The position numbers and the translations under genes were made by a program. A DNA stretch of 64,000 bases from Felis catus (lineage: Eukaryota), in contig NC_058379.1 of assembly GCF_018350175.1 (NCBI RefSeq), positions 29,884,001 to 29,948,000 on the forward strand, given 5' to 3'. Shown one piece after another: positions 24,475 to 37,681 of this stretch. The notes beneath the pieces are model-generated. The model did not search any database. It saw only the letters and a program-made list of their open reading frames with translations, and was not told the DNA's origin. The stretch's first letter is position 1; the number at the start of each line of letters is the position of its first letter.

Positions 24475-25350
24475 TGGCTTTATAGCCCATTTCTTTTTAG
24501 CACAGAATAATATTTCATTGTCTGGATGAACCACAGTCTATTTATCCATTCACCTCCCGAAGGACATCTTGGTGGCTTCTAAGTTTTGGTAATTATGAGT
24601 AAAGCTAGTATACACATCCACGTGCAGGTTTTTGTGTCAAAATACATTTTCAACCCCTTTGGGCAAATACCAAGAAGCATGATTGCTCGACAGGATAAGA
24701 GTATGCTTTGTTTTAGGGGTGCCTGGGTGGCTCAGTCGGTTAAGCATCCGACTTTGGCTCAGGTCATGATCTCGCGGTCTGTGAGTTCAAGCCCTGCGTC
24801 GGGCTCTGTGCTGACAGCTCAGAGCCTGGAGCCTGTTTCAGATTCTGTGTCTCCCTTTCTCTCTGACCCTCCCCTGTTCATGCTGTCTCTCCCTGTCTCA
24901 AAAATAAAATAAACATTAAAAAAAATTAAAAAAAAAGAGTATGCTTTGTTTTGTAAGAAACTGCCAAACTATCTTCCAAATTGCCTGTAGCATTTTGCGT
25001 TCTCAGTAGCAGTGAATGAGTGTTTCTATTGCTCTACATCCTCTCCAGCATTTGGTGTTGTCAGTGTTTTGGATGTTGGCAATTTAACAACTGCTAGTGA
25101 TATCTCATTGTTGTTTTATTTTATTTTTTAATGTTCATTTATTTTTGAGAGACAGAGAGAGACAGAGCGCGAGCAGGAGAGGGGCAGAGGGAGAGGGAGA
25201 CATGGAATCTGAAGCAGGTTCCAGGCCCTGAGCTGCCAGCACAGAGCCCGACTCAGGGCTCAAACCCACAAACTGTGAGATCATGACCTGAGCCGAAGTC
25301 GGATGTTCAACTGACTGAGCCACCCAGGCTCCCAATATGTCATTGTTTTA

Positions 25351-25661
25351 NNNNNNNNNNNNNNNNNNNNNNNNNNNNNNNNNNNNNNNNNNNNNNNNNN
25401 NNNNNNNNNNNNNNNNNNNNNNNNNNNNNNNNNNNNNNNNNNNNNNNNNNNNNNNNNNNNNNNNNNNNNNNNNNNNNNNNNNNNNNNNNNNNNNNNNNNN
25501 NNNNNNNNNNNNNNNNNNNNNNNNNNNNNNNNNNNNNNNNNNNNNNNNNNNNNNNNNNNNNNNNNNNNNNNNNNNNNNNNNNNNNNNNNNNNNNNNNNNN
25601 NNNNNNNNNNNNNNNNNNNNNNNNNNNNNNNNNNNNNNNNNNNNNNNNNNNNNNNNNNNNN
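25351..25661. other. Assembly gap (311 N)
   Basis: N run. Confidence 1.
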
Positions 25662-25894
25662 CGTGCCTTTGGTGTCATATCTGAAGAGGCATCACCAAAC
25701 CCATGGTTGATCATCTAGATTTTCCCCTAGTGTTCACCATTTTTTATTGGGTTGTTTGCATTAGTTTTGAGTTGAGGACATTCTTCATACATTCTAGATG
25801 CAATTACTTTATCAGATATATGTATTGCCAGTATTTTCTTGCAGTCTGTAACTTACCTTTTTAATGATATTTTTAATAAAATTTTTATGTTTAT

Positions 25895-25929
<35 letters not shown>

Positions 25930-28900
25930 CGCCGGGAGGAGCAGAGAGAGAGAGGGAGAGAGAAATCCCAAGCAGGCTCTGCACTGATAGCACAGATAGG
26001 CCGCACTGATAGCGAGAACTCATGAACCGCCAGATCAGGACCCACGCTGAAACCACGAGTTAGATGCCCAACCGGCTGAGCCACCCAGGCACCCCACATT
26101 TTTAATTTCTTAATAGTGCCTAGGAGCAGAAATTTTTATTTTGATAAAGTCCAATTTATCAGTTTTATCTCATATGATTAATGCAGTTTGTGTCCTAAGA
26201 CGTCTTTGTCTATCATTGCAAAGATTTTCCTCTAAATGTTTGGTAGTTTTAACTTTTACTTTTATATTTATGTTGATCTTTTTTTTAACAGTTAAAAACA
26301 TTTTTTTAATGTTTATCTATTTTTGAGGGAGTAAGGAGGGGCAGAGAGAGGGGGGAAACAGGGAATCCCAAAGCAGGATCCATGCTGTCAGTGCAAAGCC
26401 CCATGCTGGGCTGGAACCCACTAACTGAACCATGAGATCATGACCTGAGCCAAAGTTGGACACTCAAGCAACTGAGCCACCTAGGCGCCCCATTGATGAT
26501 CAATTTTGAGTTAATTTTTGTTTATGGTATGAGATAAGGGTTGAATCTGTGGCCTCAGCCATCTTCCCAACCCTGGGGATCCTGATGGGACGGGTCAGAC
26601 TTGGACAACTTGGATGCCAACCTGCATGGAGGGTTTGGGGACACCAGTAAGTCTTTCTGTCCTCAAATGATTTTTCAAATCCCGTGGCCTGAAATCTGCC
26701 AATTTGGGCCAAGGCTATTATTAGCCTTCCCATTTGAGTGTGAACTGCCTGGTGAGACTCCATAGTGCAGGGGGCAGAGCGAAGGCTGCACAGAGTAGGG
26801 GGTGATGGTGACGGAGGGATTGTGGGAGGGTGTCAGCCTCAGAGCCTTGTTTTTCTCAAGACAGGGAGGGGCAGGGCCTAGGCCCCTGGGGAAACAGTGA
26901 GGGCATTATGAGACAGGAGAAACTTCCTGCTCCTCTTCTGGGCTGACATCCTGATCCAGAGCTGGTTAGGAAGAAGCACAGGACAATGCGGACCCTCTGT
27001 AGGCCTGCAGGCAAGAGAACAAGGGGTAAGGGAAGGGTTCTAGCAAGGATGCATCTGACCTGGACTCTCCTCTGCCTCCCCAGGGAGCTCCTGGGAAACC
27101 CACGCAGGCCTGGGCCTTGCTGCCTGCCAGCTGCCTGGTGCCTGGGCTGCTCCAGCTTGTCTCCCTGCCCCTGTTCCCTGAGAGCCTGTGCTACCTCCTC
27201 CCTGACTGCAGAGACGGGGAGGCCTGCCTGGTGGGTGAGTCCCTGACCTTGGGCCCTCAGACCACCCTTGATGGAGGGGTCCCACCAGCCAGCCCCTTCC
27301 CATCCCTGTGTACTGATATCTATCAGTCCCCCAACCCCCCTGAAATGCTCTCCTTCATAGACAAAGGCCCCCCAGCTCTGACTCACCTGCCCAGACCCCA
27401 GACAGTGTGGCTTCTCCCATCTTCCAGAGCACCAGCTTAGCTCCCTCTCCTGACTCACACACCTTCTCCCTGGCTTGCTAGTTACCCAGGCTTTGAGTCT
27501 CAGCTTCCGGGGCCCAGCCTCTCCCTGCTGGGCCAGCAAACCTGGCTACCAGTTCTCATGCCCTGCTCTCAAGGGTCAGGGCCGCATGGCTTCCAAAGGG
27601 CTGCAGTTGATTCTCCTGCCTTCGTCCTCATCCACTCCTCTCCGGACTCTGACACTCTGGTTCCCTCTTATTGGGACACAGGTTGTCCTCTCCATGCCTC
27701 AGCTGAATCATCCATTGATTACATTGATTCCTTCAGTTTATCCAGTTTATTCTCTTAGGGCCTGTTGTATCCCGAGGTGTCCACCACTGTCCCTGTCCTC
27801 AGGCTGCACCAGGGTTGGGAGGAAGTGGTGACCTTCACCTTGAAGAAAATCAAACAGTCTCACAACCACAGCATCAACAACACCATTCTGAGCCAACATC
27901 TATGGAGGCTTTTCCACTTATTGAGACTATTTTGAGTGCTTCACAAGCATTGGCACCTCTAACCTGAGCAAATGCCCCCAGAAATAAGTGCTTTTATTAT
28001 CCCTGTTTTACACAGGAGCAGGAGAGGCACATGAAGGCAGTGGCTTATCCAAGGAGCAAGGTCACACCACGAGGTGGTAGGCCAGGACTGAACCTGGGTG
28101 GTCATGACCACTGCAGTACACTGCCTCCAGGCCCTGGCTCTTCTGCTATCTGATCCCATTCTGTGGGGGAGGTCCAAAGGCCATCTGAAGGGTCCACGGT
28201 GACACTATGGGTTAGTGGTGGACCTGGGGCTTGAGCCAGTGCTGAGGGTAGATCCAGGGCTGGTGGCAGGGCATGGAGGCCAAGGCCAAAGGGCCACAGC
28301 TAAGGCTCTGCAGAGGCAGGAGGGAAGAGAGTCCACAGTTTGGCCCTTCCTACAGACCCTGCAGGAGGTCAGAGTCCCTGTGCTGCTGGTTCCCTGGCTC
28401 CATTCTACAGGCAGCAGGAAATCAAAGGTTAGGGAGAACCAGACACTCAAAGAAGGACAAGGATGCTGAGGGGGAGCCCAGGTCTCATCCCTGTGGCTCC
28501 AGCAGTGGAGCCACATTCCAGGGGTGGATGCCAACTTTTTGTGCATGTGTGCGCACACACATACATACTCGGCTTTCTTTGGAGGCAGACCATGAAAATG
28601 TGTCCATGGTGTCCCAGGGTGATGAGGCCTAGGGATGGGTAGGTTTCCAGCTAGAGGTGTCAGGAAGACTTGATGAGGGCCATAGATGCTACTGAATGGA
28701 GATGGGAAAGCCCTGGGACAGAGCGGATGTGTGGGCGGGGAAGTCCAGCATCCATGGGGCAGAAGAGCTCTAAGGTGAAGTGGGGGGGGGGGGGGCTGAA
28801 GGCCAGGTAGGGAATTTATCCTGTAATTATAGGGAGCCAGACCCTCCCATGGTCTCTTCCCATGACACTCCAATGACCAGTGACCTCATACTCTCTAAGG

Positions 28901-30289
28901 TGCCCTGCCACCAGGGTGCATGCTTATGTGTCCTCTGGGAAATAAGGATTTCCAAGAAGTCCAGGACACTACCTTTGGGACAGGCTGCTGTGAGCTCTCG
29001 TGGATGTGAGTCTGAGCGGGACTATGCAGCAGCAGGAGCAGAACAGTGCCTGGGGGCCTTCTGAGCAGCCTGGCCTTGGCTTTGAAGGATCCTGTGAGGA
29101 CAGGGGTGGGTTGGGACAGGACTTGGACACCAGGGAAAGAGAGCACAGTCACCCTCTTGGCTTGCATGTCCACCATTGGGGTTGAGGTCTATTAGCTCAT
29201 TTCCTGCTCCAAGACACTTGGGTACAATATGGTAAGTTCAGGCATTCACTGAGCACCTACTATAAGCCAGGGACTTTGCACTTTGTCCTTTTAGCCACTT
29301 TACTCTTCACACAAGCCTATGGGAAAGGAGTCACCACCTCACCCCCCATTCTGACACTGAGGCTCAGAGAGTTGAAGTGACTTCACCCAGATCACCTTCT
29401 CTGGACCGTGTCTCAGGGTACTGTGGGGAGAACTGGCTGTGACTGCTGGCTCCCCACCACACCTAGACCCTTTCTTTGCCATGTGGTGGTCTCCTGGCAG
29501 ACACCCCCCTCTGCAATCCCATACCTTCAGGTACAGCTGACCCCCATGTCTCTTTCCACTGTGACCAGAAGCAGGAATGAGGGGGGGGAGGAATCATCTT
29601 CGCTTGTCTTTGTTCACTGAATGTGTTCACCACATGTGAACCACAATGTGTTCAGTGAACAAGGGCATGGGACTGATGAGTTCAGGGACTGTCGAGGGCT
29701 CAGGGCTGGCTGGGTTTTTGCTGTAGGGGTGATGAACCTTGCGTGACCAGGAGAGAGATGCTGAGGGAAATGAGGCTCGTGGGAGGCTGTGGAAGGGGGG
29801 ACTGCCCCGGGACATGGGCTGCTGGCAGGGGAGAGGCAGCAAGGGGAAGAGCAGGTAGCCCCACAGTGGGGTGCCAGCAGGCCTCTGTCCTCCCTATGCC
29901 CTCTTTCCAGCTCAGGTAACTCAGATCCTGCCCACAGAAATGCTCCCTGCTTTTAGAGTCTGCTGAGTGCTTGCGTGGGCCATATTCCCCCTTACCCAGC
30001 TGGCGTGTCCCTACATTGGGAGGTTTTCTTCCCTGCTGCTTCGTGCCTGGCAGTCCTTACCCACCAGACGGTTCTAGGTCGTTTTCCTGTTAGCATCTTC
30101 GCCGTAAGCAATTCACCACATAACTAATTGGCTGTGAAACAATTTTGCTGTAAAAGATACAAAAAAACAAAACAAAACAAAACAAAAACTGGTTGGGCTC
30201 TTTGGTTTCATCAACTGGTTGACGGTTTGGTTTAGTTTCTCCATTGACACAGTGTTCCCATTTGTATATTATATGAATCTTAGCCTTCA

Positions 30290-31445
30290 TAATGGTCTAC
30301 ACAGGGGTGCAGAGTATTGACTGCATTTCCCATAGAACTATGGAAGGTCTATGAATGGATATGTGACAAAATACCAAGAACAAATAACAATGTACAAGTT
30401 TTCACAAAGAAAAAAACCCACTAAAACTGAACAAAAATAAAAATAGAACTATCCAGTAGTCACACTATTGGATACTTACCCCCCAAATACAAAAACATTC
30501 ATTCAAAGGGACACATACACCCCTATGTTTATAGCAGCATTATCTACAATACCAAATTATGGAAGCAGCCCCAGTGTCCATCGATTGATTAATGGATAAT
30601 GGATAAAGATGTGATATACACCCTATGTATATGTATATACGATCTCATGGTTCTTCAAGCCCTGCATAGGGCTCTCTGCTGTCAGCACAGAACCTGCCAC
30701 TGATCCTGTCTCCCTCTCTCTCCACCCCTCCCCACTCATGCTCTCTCCTTGTCTCTCAAAAATACACCTGTAAAAGCAAACAAACAGGGGCGCCTGGGTG
30801 GCTCAGTCAGTTGCATATCTGACTTTGGCTCAGATCATGATCTCCCAGTTCGTGGGTTCGAGCCCCTCATCCAGGTCTGTGCTGATAGCTTGGAGCCTGG
30901 AGCCTGTTTCAGATTCTGCATCTCTCTTTCTTCTGCCTCTTCCCAGCTCATTCTCTGTCTCTCTCTCAGAAATAAATAAACATTAAAAAATTAAAAAAAA
31001 GTAAAAACAAAATAAAAACGAACAAACAAAATGCACCCTAGTGTTTAGAAACAGATATCTCTCTTAATGAAGGACGAAAGTTTAGTGAAAAAAGAAAAAC
31101 TGATGCCTAATGAGTGAATAAAAAAAATGTGCAATACTATGAATGAAAGATCTTGAAAGCATACATAGATACAATCCACAAAATAAAATCAGTTATTTGC
31201 ATAGACTCTACACACGTTTTAAATGTATTCAAATATATTAGGGGCACCTGGGTGGCTCAGTTGGTTGCACGTCCAACTCCAGCGCAGGTCATGATCTCAC
31301 AGTTTGTGAGTTCAAGCCCCTTATAGGGCTCTTTGCTGTCTGCTCAGAGCCCACTTCAGATCCTCTGTCCCCATCTTTGCCCCTCCTGCACGTGCATACT
31401 GTCTCTATCTCTGTCTCTCAAAAATGAGTAAACATTAAAAAAAAA
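30290..31445 (+). mobile_element. Carnivore L1 ORF2/3' fragment plus three Can-SINEs
   Basis: cccctatgtttatagcagcattatctacaata...gtgtccatcgattgat; SINE heads at 30787 and 31241. Confidence 0.8.
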
Positions 31446-32149
31446 TAAATGTATCCAAAAATTTTGTATTTCTCAGCCAAGTAGTTTTATTATTCAGTTT
31501 TCATGTTTCATTAATTATGTCCTTTTTAATGAATGTCCCTCTTTTATTTTTCTTGATTTTATCTTTTATGGCAACACTGCCTTGTGACCGGTCAGTGATG
31601 TGGCAAAAACGTTTGCCATGAAAATGCCTGCAGCAAAAACACTTGCAGTAAGAATGCCTGGACATGGCACTCAGGAAGTCCTCTGCAGGAGCCAGGACTT
31701 GCACTGGGGCTGCAAATGACACAAACCCTGATAAGCAGTGCTTTGAGCAGAGAGGGGTTTATTTTTCAGAGCCCCAGGCTCCTCTGGGCTGCCACTCCTG
31801 GCTCTTTGGCCTGTGTTTTTCCAGCTCATGGTTGCCTAACAGTTGCTGCATATCTGGGGGTCATGTCCAAGTTTGGGGAGTGGGCAGGAGGAAAAGGGAA
31901 GGGTGGCACCTCTGTTAGCAAATCACCTGCTTCCCCATAAACCTCACACATGGCATGAGCTTCACGTGGCCATGCCTGGTTGTCAGGGGCTCTGGGGCAG
32001 CGAGTGTTCTAATCAAACAGAACTGAGATTCGGTCAGTGAGGAGGAAAGGGGAGATGATCCCAGGCAGCTCAGCAGCCTGCCGACACCTCCCACTGCATG
32101 TGTCCCTGCTGTTCAGCAAATAATTATCAAGCCCCTATCAATGCCAAGT

Positions 32150-32690
32150 GTATTACCTTTCTATTGCTCCTAGAACAAATCAACACACATTTGTCAGCTT
32201 AAAACAACATAGATTTATTATCTGACACTTTCTGTGGGTCAGAAGTCCAGCATCAAGTGACTGGGTCTTTTGCTTAGGGTCTTGTACGGCCAAAGTCAAG
32301 GTGTCCCTAGGTCAACTAGAGAAGAACCCACTTCTCCCAAGTCCATTCAGGCTGTTAGCAGAATCCAGTTCCTTGTGGTTGTATGACTGAGGCTCCTAGC
32401 CTCCTTCATCTTCAGAGCCAGTAATGGCGCATCAAGTCCTTCTCCTGCTTTTGAGTCTGACTTCCCCTTCTGCCGCATCTCACTGAGTCTAGCTGGAAAA
32501 AATTATCCGCTTTTAAGGGCTCGTGTGATTACATTGGGCCAACCCAGATAATCCATAATGACCCCCCAATTTGAAGGTCCGCAATTCTAGTCACATCTGT
32601 GTGGTGCCTTCTGCCGTGTAACATAACATTCACAGATTCCAGGGGTTAGATCATGGACATCTTTGGAGGCCCTCTGCCTACCACTGAGGT
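32150..32690. mobile_element. MaLR (MLT1-like) solo LTR
   Basis: tgtattacctttctattgct...gcttaaaacaacatagatttattatc...ggttagatcatggacatctttggaggcc...ctaccac, the typical MLT1 pattern. Similar remnants at ~7270-7560, 15020-15540, 16780-17260 and 33300-33610. Confidence 0.65.
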
Positions 32691-34303
32691 AATAATGGGT
32701 CAAGGAGGTGGGCAAACAGCGATGGCCAAAAAGAGACAGTCCAGTCCCCTCTCTCATGGAGCTTACCACCTGGCAAGGAAACATTAACGCACAAATAGGA
32801 ATAAGGTTATGGCCTCAAAGGAAGGAGAGGTGCTGGACATGTTACAGGACCACATTAAAGCCAGGGGTTCTGGGGCTTTCCCAAGGAACTGAGGTAGATA
32901 AGGTAAAGTGCATGCAAACCACATTTCAGGACCAATGCCAGAGCCAAGAGCCAGGAGCATGGTCCCTAAGGACAGTGCACAGACTCAGGGACCAAGGGGG
33001 AGGGGTGCAAACTGTGGGGCAGGGCATTGTGACATGCCAGGGCATTGTGACAGTACTACCTCTAATATCAGCGGGGACTATCACCAGTATTTAGGCCGCT
33101 TGGTCCTCAGAACACTCCTCTGTAAGGTGGACACTACTATCTTCAAATTACAGGTGGGGGAACAAACTGAATCTCAGAGAGGGGGTGAGTCAAGTGTCCA
33201 AGCTAGTAAGGGGTGGGCCTGTGAATGATATCACCTCCCCAGATGCCCTTCTAGAAAGATGGCACTGACTGCTACTGGGAAAGGGAAGGGTAATTAGTAA
33301 GTAGGCTGTCCTGATTAGGGAAGACTGCCCTATGCTACAGTAAACCTCAAAATCGCAGTGGCTCACCTACAGGGGCATTGCTGGTGTTTGCTGGTGTGGA
33401 TCCATCTTGTCACACTTCCACCATCTCAGAGAACCGGGTGCAGGTGCAGGCTCTTGAATATTCTTCCTGGAGTCACTTACGTAACTTCTGTTTGCATTTC
33501 ATTGGGCAAGGTAAGTCATATGGCCAGGTCCGCTGGCAGGGGGCAGGGAAATAGACTCCTCTCCCAGGAAGAACAGTCCACCATGGCGTTATCACAGGGT
33601 CCATGCTAGGCCAAAGGTGAAGCCAGCTAGTTTAAACTAAGGTGGTGGTGGTGGTGATGGGCTGGGTGGAGACAGGGAAGGATAAGGGTGACAGTGGAGG
33701 GAAGTACATTTCACTGGCAGGCCAACAGGTGTGGGAGGAATAGTCATGCACTTGGATTTGGACACAGGAAGCAGAAGGTGCTGAATTGGCTACTGAGCTC
33801 GGAAGGTGGGGTAGCTGTCGACATGGTGTGGAGTGCATCAGTCCATCAGTGGTAAGGAGGCCTGGGCATAGGGTGTGACAGTGAGGAAGCAGCCTGGGGC
33901 CTAGGTGAAGGAACAAACACTTGCAGGGTATTGCACAACTGGGCCATGGGACCTACTTGAATGGATACTGGCTGGTCCCACAGGCACAAGTGTCCTTGCT
34001 GTAGCATATCAAGGCCAGTGTGTGCTGTGCCACCTTAACTGGATAGCACCTGCCAGATGCCAAAGACAGGACCTTCCTGGAGAGCTCTGAGGACTTGGCC
34101 AAAAACAGTGTGCCCCTTAGAGCACCTGAGAGAGATCTGTTCCCCAGCACAGCACCCTGACCAGAGGGGGCTCTTCAGAGTGTAAGTGGGGTGGCCACGT
34201 AGCCACAAGCCCTTCTTCCCAGGGATGGCAAGGCCTGCAGGCCTGGCCAGGGTCCCAATCCAGCCACTGCCCTATCCTCTTCCTGCCGTGTCATGACTGT
34301 CTT

Positions 34304-34323
34304 CATTCACCCATTCGTTCATT
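34304..34323 (+). repeat. Interrupted CATT tract (CATT CACC CATT CGTT CATT), probable orthologue of the human MIF -794 CATT5-8 repeat
   Basis: Flanks (tcctcttcctgccgtgtcatg ... cagtattcagtctgtgtctcttg ... gagcttaccattggtgga) resemble my recollection of the human CATT flanks; about 1.07 kb upstream of the ATG. Confidence 0.7.
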
Positions 34324-34733
34324 CAACCAGTATTCAGTCTGTGTCTCTTGTATGCTTGCTACCCACTAGATGCCCCCTGAGCTTACCATTGGTGGAAGGG
34401 ATGGAAAGAATTCACCAAGACTCTCAGGGAGGGCATTCCTAGAGGACCTAACTATGGTGGGGCTTCCCCCGAGGAGCTAAAGTTCCCAGACCTGCAGAGA
34501 AGTTGCCCAGGGGAGCAGGGGCTCCGAGACAGAGCTGTTAACTGCTTGGCCTATGGAGCCCTGCCTGAGCCTCATCTCTTATTCCCTGCCCCTCCCCCTG
34601 GCACCTCCCAGCATGCTCACTTACGTTAAAGAGCAAGGGTGCAGGGAAGGCACCTGGATGCTGCCCCTGACTCTACTCTGGCTGCCCCCTTCTACCTGCA
34701 GCAATGCCTACCTTTCCCCATCACTCTCACACA

Positions 34734-34734
<1 letters not shown>

Positions 34735-34773
<39 letters not shown>
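34735..34773 (+). repeat. (AC)19 microsatellite upstream of MIF
   Basis: Perfect AC run about 615-650 bp upstream of the ATG. Confidence 0.95.
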
Positions 34774-34775
<2 letters not shown>

Positions 34776-35009
34776 CCCAGGACTACAGCCTTGGGGAACA
34801 TGTAGCCCTGGAAACTCAGGGCACACAAAGGTTCGGTGCGTGTGGTGGAATGGGCTGGGACTTCATCTACTTTGCTGGCTGTGAGCTCCTGGCGGGCGGC
34901 AAGGGGCCACGTGCTCAGTTAACTGCTGCATCTCGAACTCCTGGCACACACACGTCGCTGAATAAACGTCAGTGACTAAAGTAAAGGACTAGCGAAGAAA
35001 CGAAGGATA

Positions 35010-36138
<1,129 letters not shown>

Positions 36139-36484
36139 CGGTTTGGAGGCTGCTGCTGCTTCGGGCTTCCTTGGCTTGCGGAGGAGTGGGTGCAGGGCCG
36201 GGACAGTGACTGGGGAACCGAGGGCGGGAGGGGTGCCCTCCCGGAACCTACTCTTAGAGTCCTTTTGCCTAGCCTTGTCCTGTGCCCCCAGCAGAAGCCT
36301 CAGCCTTGATTGGCATCCTGCCCGGGGCCACAGACCCAGGAATCAGACTCAAATCGGAGCCTCCCATTCAACGTTTGCCGTTTGCAGCTTGGCCCTCCCA
36401 GGGCAGGTTCACGATTGTGCCCTTGGCGGGAACCCAGAGTTGAATCCATTCCCACCTGCGGGGGCGGGGCCACCACGTAGGCTA

Positions 36485-36529
36485 AGGCTGGCTGGGTTCA
36501 GGCTGGCTGGGCTCAGGCTGGCTGGGGTC
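36485..36529 (+). repeat. 15-bp tandem repeat, 3 copies
   Basis: aggctggctgggttc / aggctggctgggctc / aggctggctggggtc. Confidence 0.85.
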
Positions 36530-37464
36530 GGGTCAGGGGGAGAAAGGGAGGGAGAGATCGGGATCAAAATCTGATTTGCTTTAGAGGTTGGAGAGTCAGC
36601 TGGGTCTGGGCTTTTCTCCCAGCCCCACCTTCCTCCATCTACCAGATGGGCAAAGGGTACCCTGGGAAAAGGAAGCCTTCACTTCCCTGTTCCCCAGGAT
36701 CAAACCCTGCCCTAGTTCCCTAGTTTCTTGACCTGGAAAGTCCTGTTCTGGAACTTTTGGACAGCTTTCAGGTGGGAGTGGGGAGGTACACAAGAGGCAG
36801 AGTTTTTGGTTATATTGCCCTGACGTCCCTCAAATCTGTGTCTAGCCTCTGCTCTCCTTAGGCACCCAGGTCTCCACCACAACAGTTTCTGGACACAACA
36901 CAGGGCCTGTAGTTTTGAAGCCATTCATGTTTTATGGAATAGTGCCTCTGGAAAGCCTTCAGGTGTTTAGTGCACCCTGCAGGGACACTGAAGGTCCTGG
37001 CCCTCGGGGCACTGTCAACAATAAAATCAGTATCAAGGCCCAGTGTGCTGGAGTCTAACTGATCCAAGGCCCCTCCCGTCAAGTGCAGGGGCTCCCTTGT
37101 GGAGATGATAAGATAGTGGGCAATTTCTGCACCCATATTGGGCCATAGGGGCCTCAGCTGCCATGTTGCTTGCTCAGAGCAGGTGCCTTTGGGCTAGAAT
37201 GCCTTTCTAGCCCACGGTGTGAGAGGCTCCATAGCCCCTACAGCATCTCCACCTAAGCGAGACCCAGCCACTAGCACTAGGAATTCCTATGCCTGGAACT
37301 GGCCCTAGTCAGCCAGGGCCAGCACTTGTGTGTTGACTAAAGCAAAGGGCCAGCCCGTACTGCCTGACCTGTGGGAGAAGTCAAGTGCATTTTACCTGCT
37401 TGCACAGGGAGGGGACTCCACTGGATGCCTAATGGCTCTGTGCCTTTGAGACCCTCTTGCTCTT

Positions 37465-37681
37465 AATTTTTTTTTTTTCAACGTTTATTTATTTTTGGGA
37501 CAGAGAGAGACAGAGCATGAACGGGGGAGGGGCAGAGAGAGAGGGAGACACAGAATCGGAAACAGGCTCCAGGCTCTGAGCCATCAGCCCAGAGCCTGAC
37601 GCGGGGCTCGAACTCACGGACCGCGAGATCGTGACCTGGCTGAAGTCGGACGCTTAACCGACTGCGCCACCCAGGCGCCCC
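37465..37681 (-). mobile_element. Young feline Can-SINE
   Basis: Full length; TSD agaccctcttgctctt (37449-37464) / agacccccttgctctt (37683-37698). Confidence 0.95.

Larger units (their letters stand above)
19828..26530. mobile_element. Dense block of old antisense L1 (L1M-type) fragments with about 14 Can-SINEs, the MRPL9 retrocopy and two N gaps
   Basis: L1 antisense text (e.g. 20200-21150, 24000-25100, 25730-26540: ttgggcaaataccaagaagcatgattgct; ttttgagttaatttttgtttatggtatgag) repeatedly split by SINEs. Confidence 0.8.
26547..34160 (+). pseudogene. Second, heavily decayed tandem SLC2A11-like paralogue (unprocessed pseudogene remnant)
   Basis: Collinear remnants: exon 5 3' half (26547-26604, SAIFPTLGILMGRV-RL); exon 6 (27084-27234, 151 nt with a 2-nt insertion, intact AG/GT); exon 8 (28916-29005, VHAYVSS...EVQDTTFGTGCCEL|gtgagt); exon 12 (~34018-34160, LPDAKDRTFLESSEDL...STAP*). 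Flanking introns also match copy 1 (26945-27000 vs 14457-14500). Confidence 0.85.

Noticed and set aside
9550-25661. N gaps as the explanation for the SLC2A11 lesions
   Set aside because: No gap overlaps an exon and all exons are present. Base-call error is still possible and needs read-level checking, but the motif substitutions point the same way.
28200-30100. Possible exon 7, 9 and 10 remnants of the SLC2A11 paralogue (e.g. ALQRQ, PYIG)
   Set aside because: Matches are only 3-5 residues, with no consistent splice sites or lengths.
36712-37136. Minus-strand ORFs with FEGR and ALDQL fragments suggesting a GSTT last exon
   Set aside because: The fragments are in different frames and lack the surrounding conserved GSTT residues.
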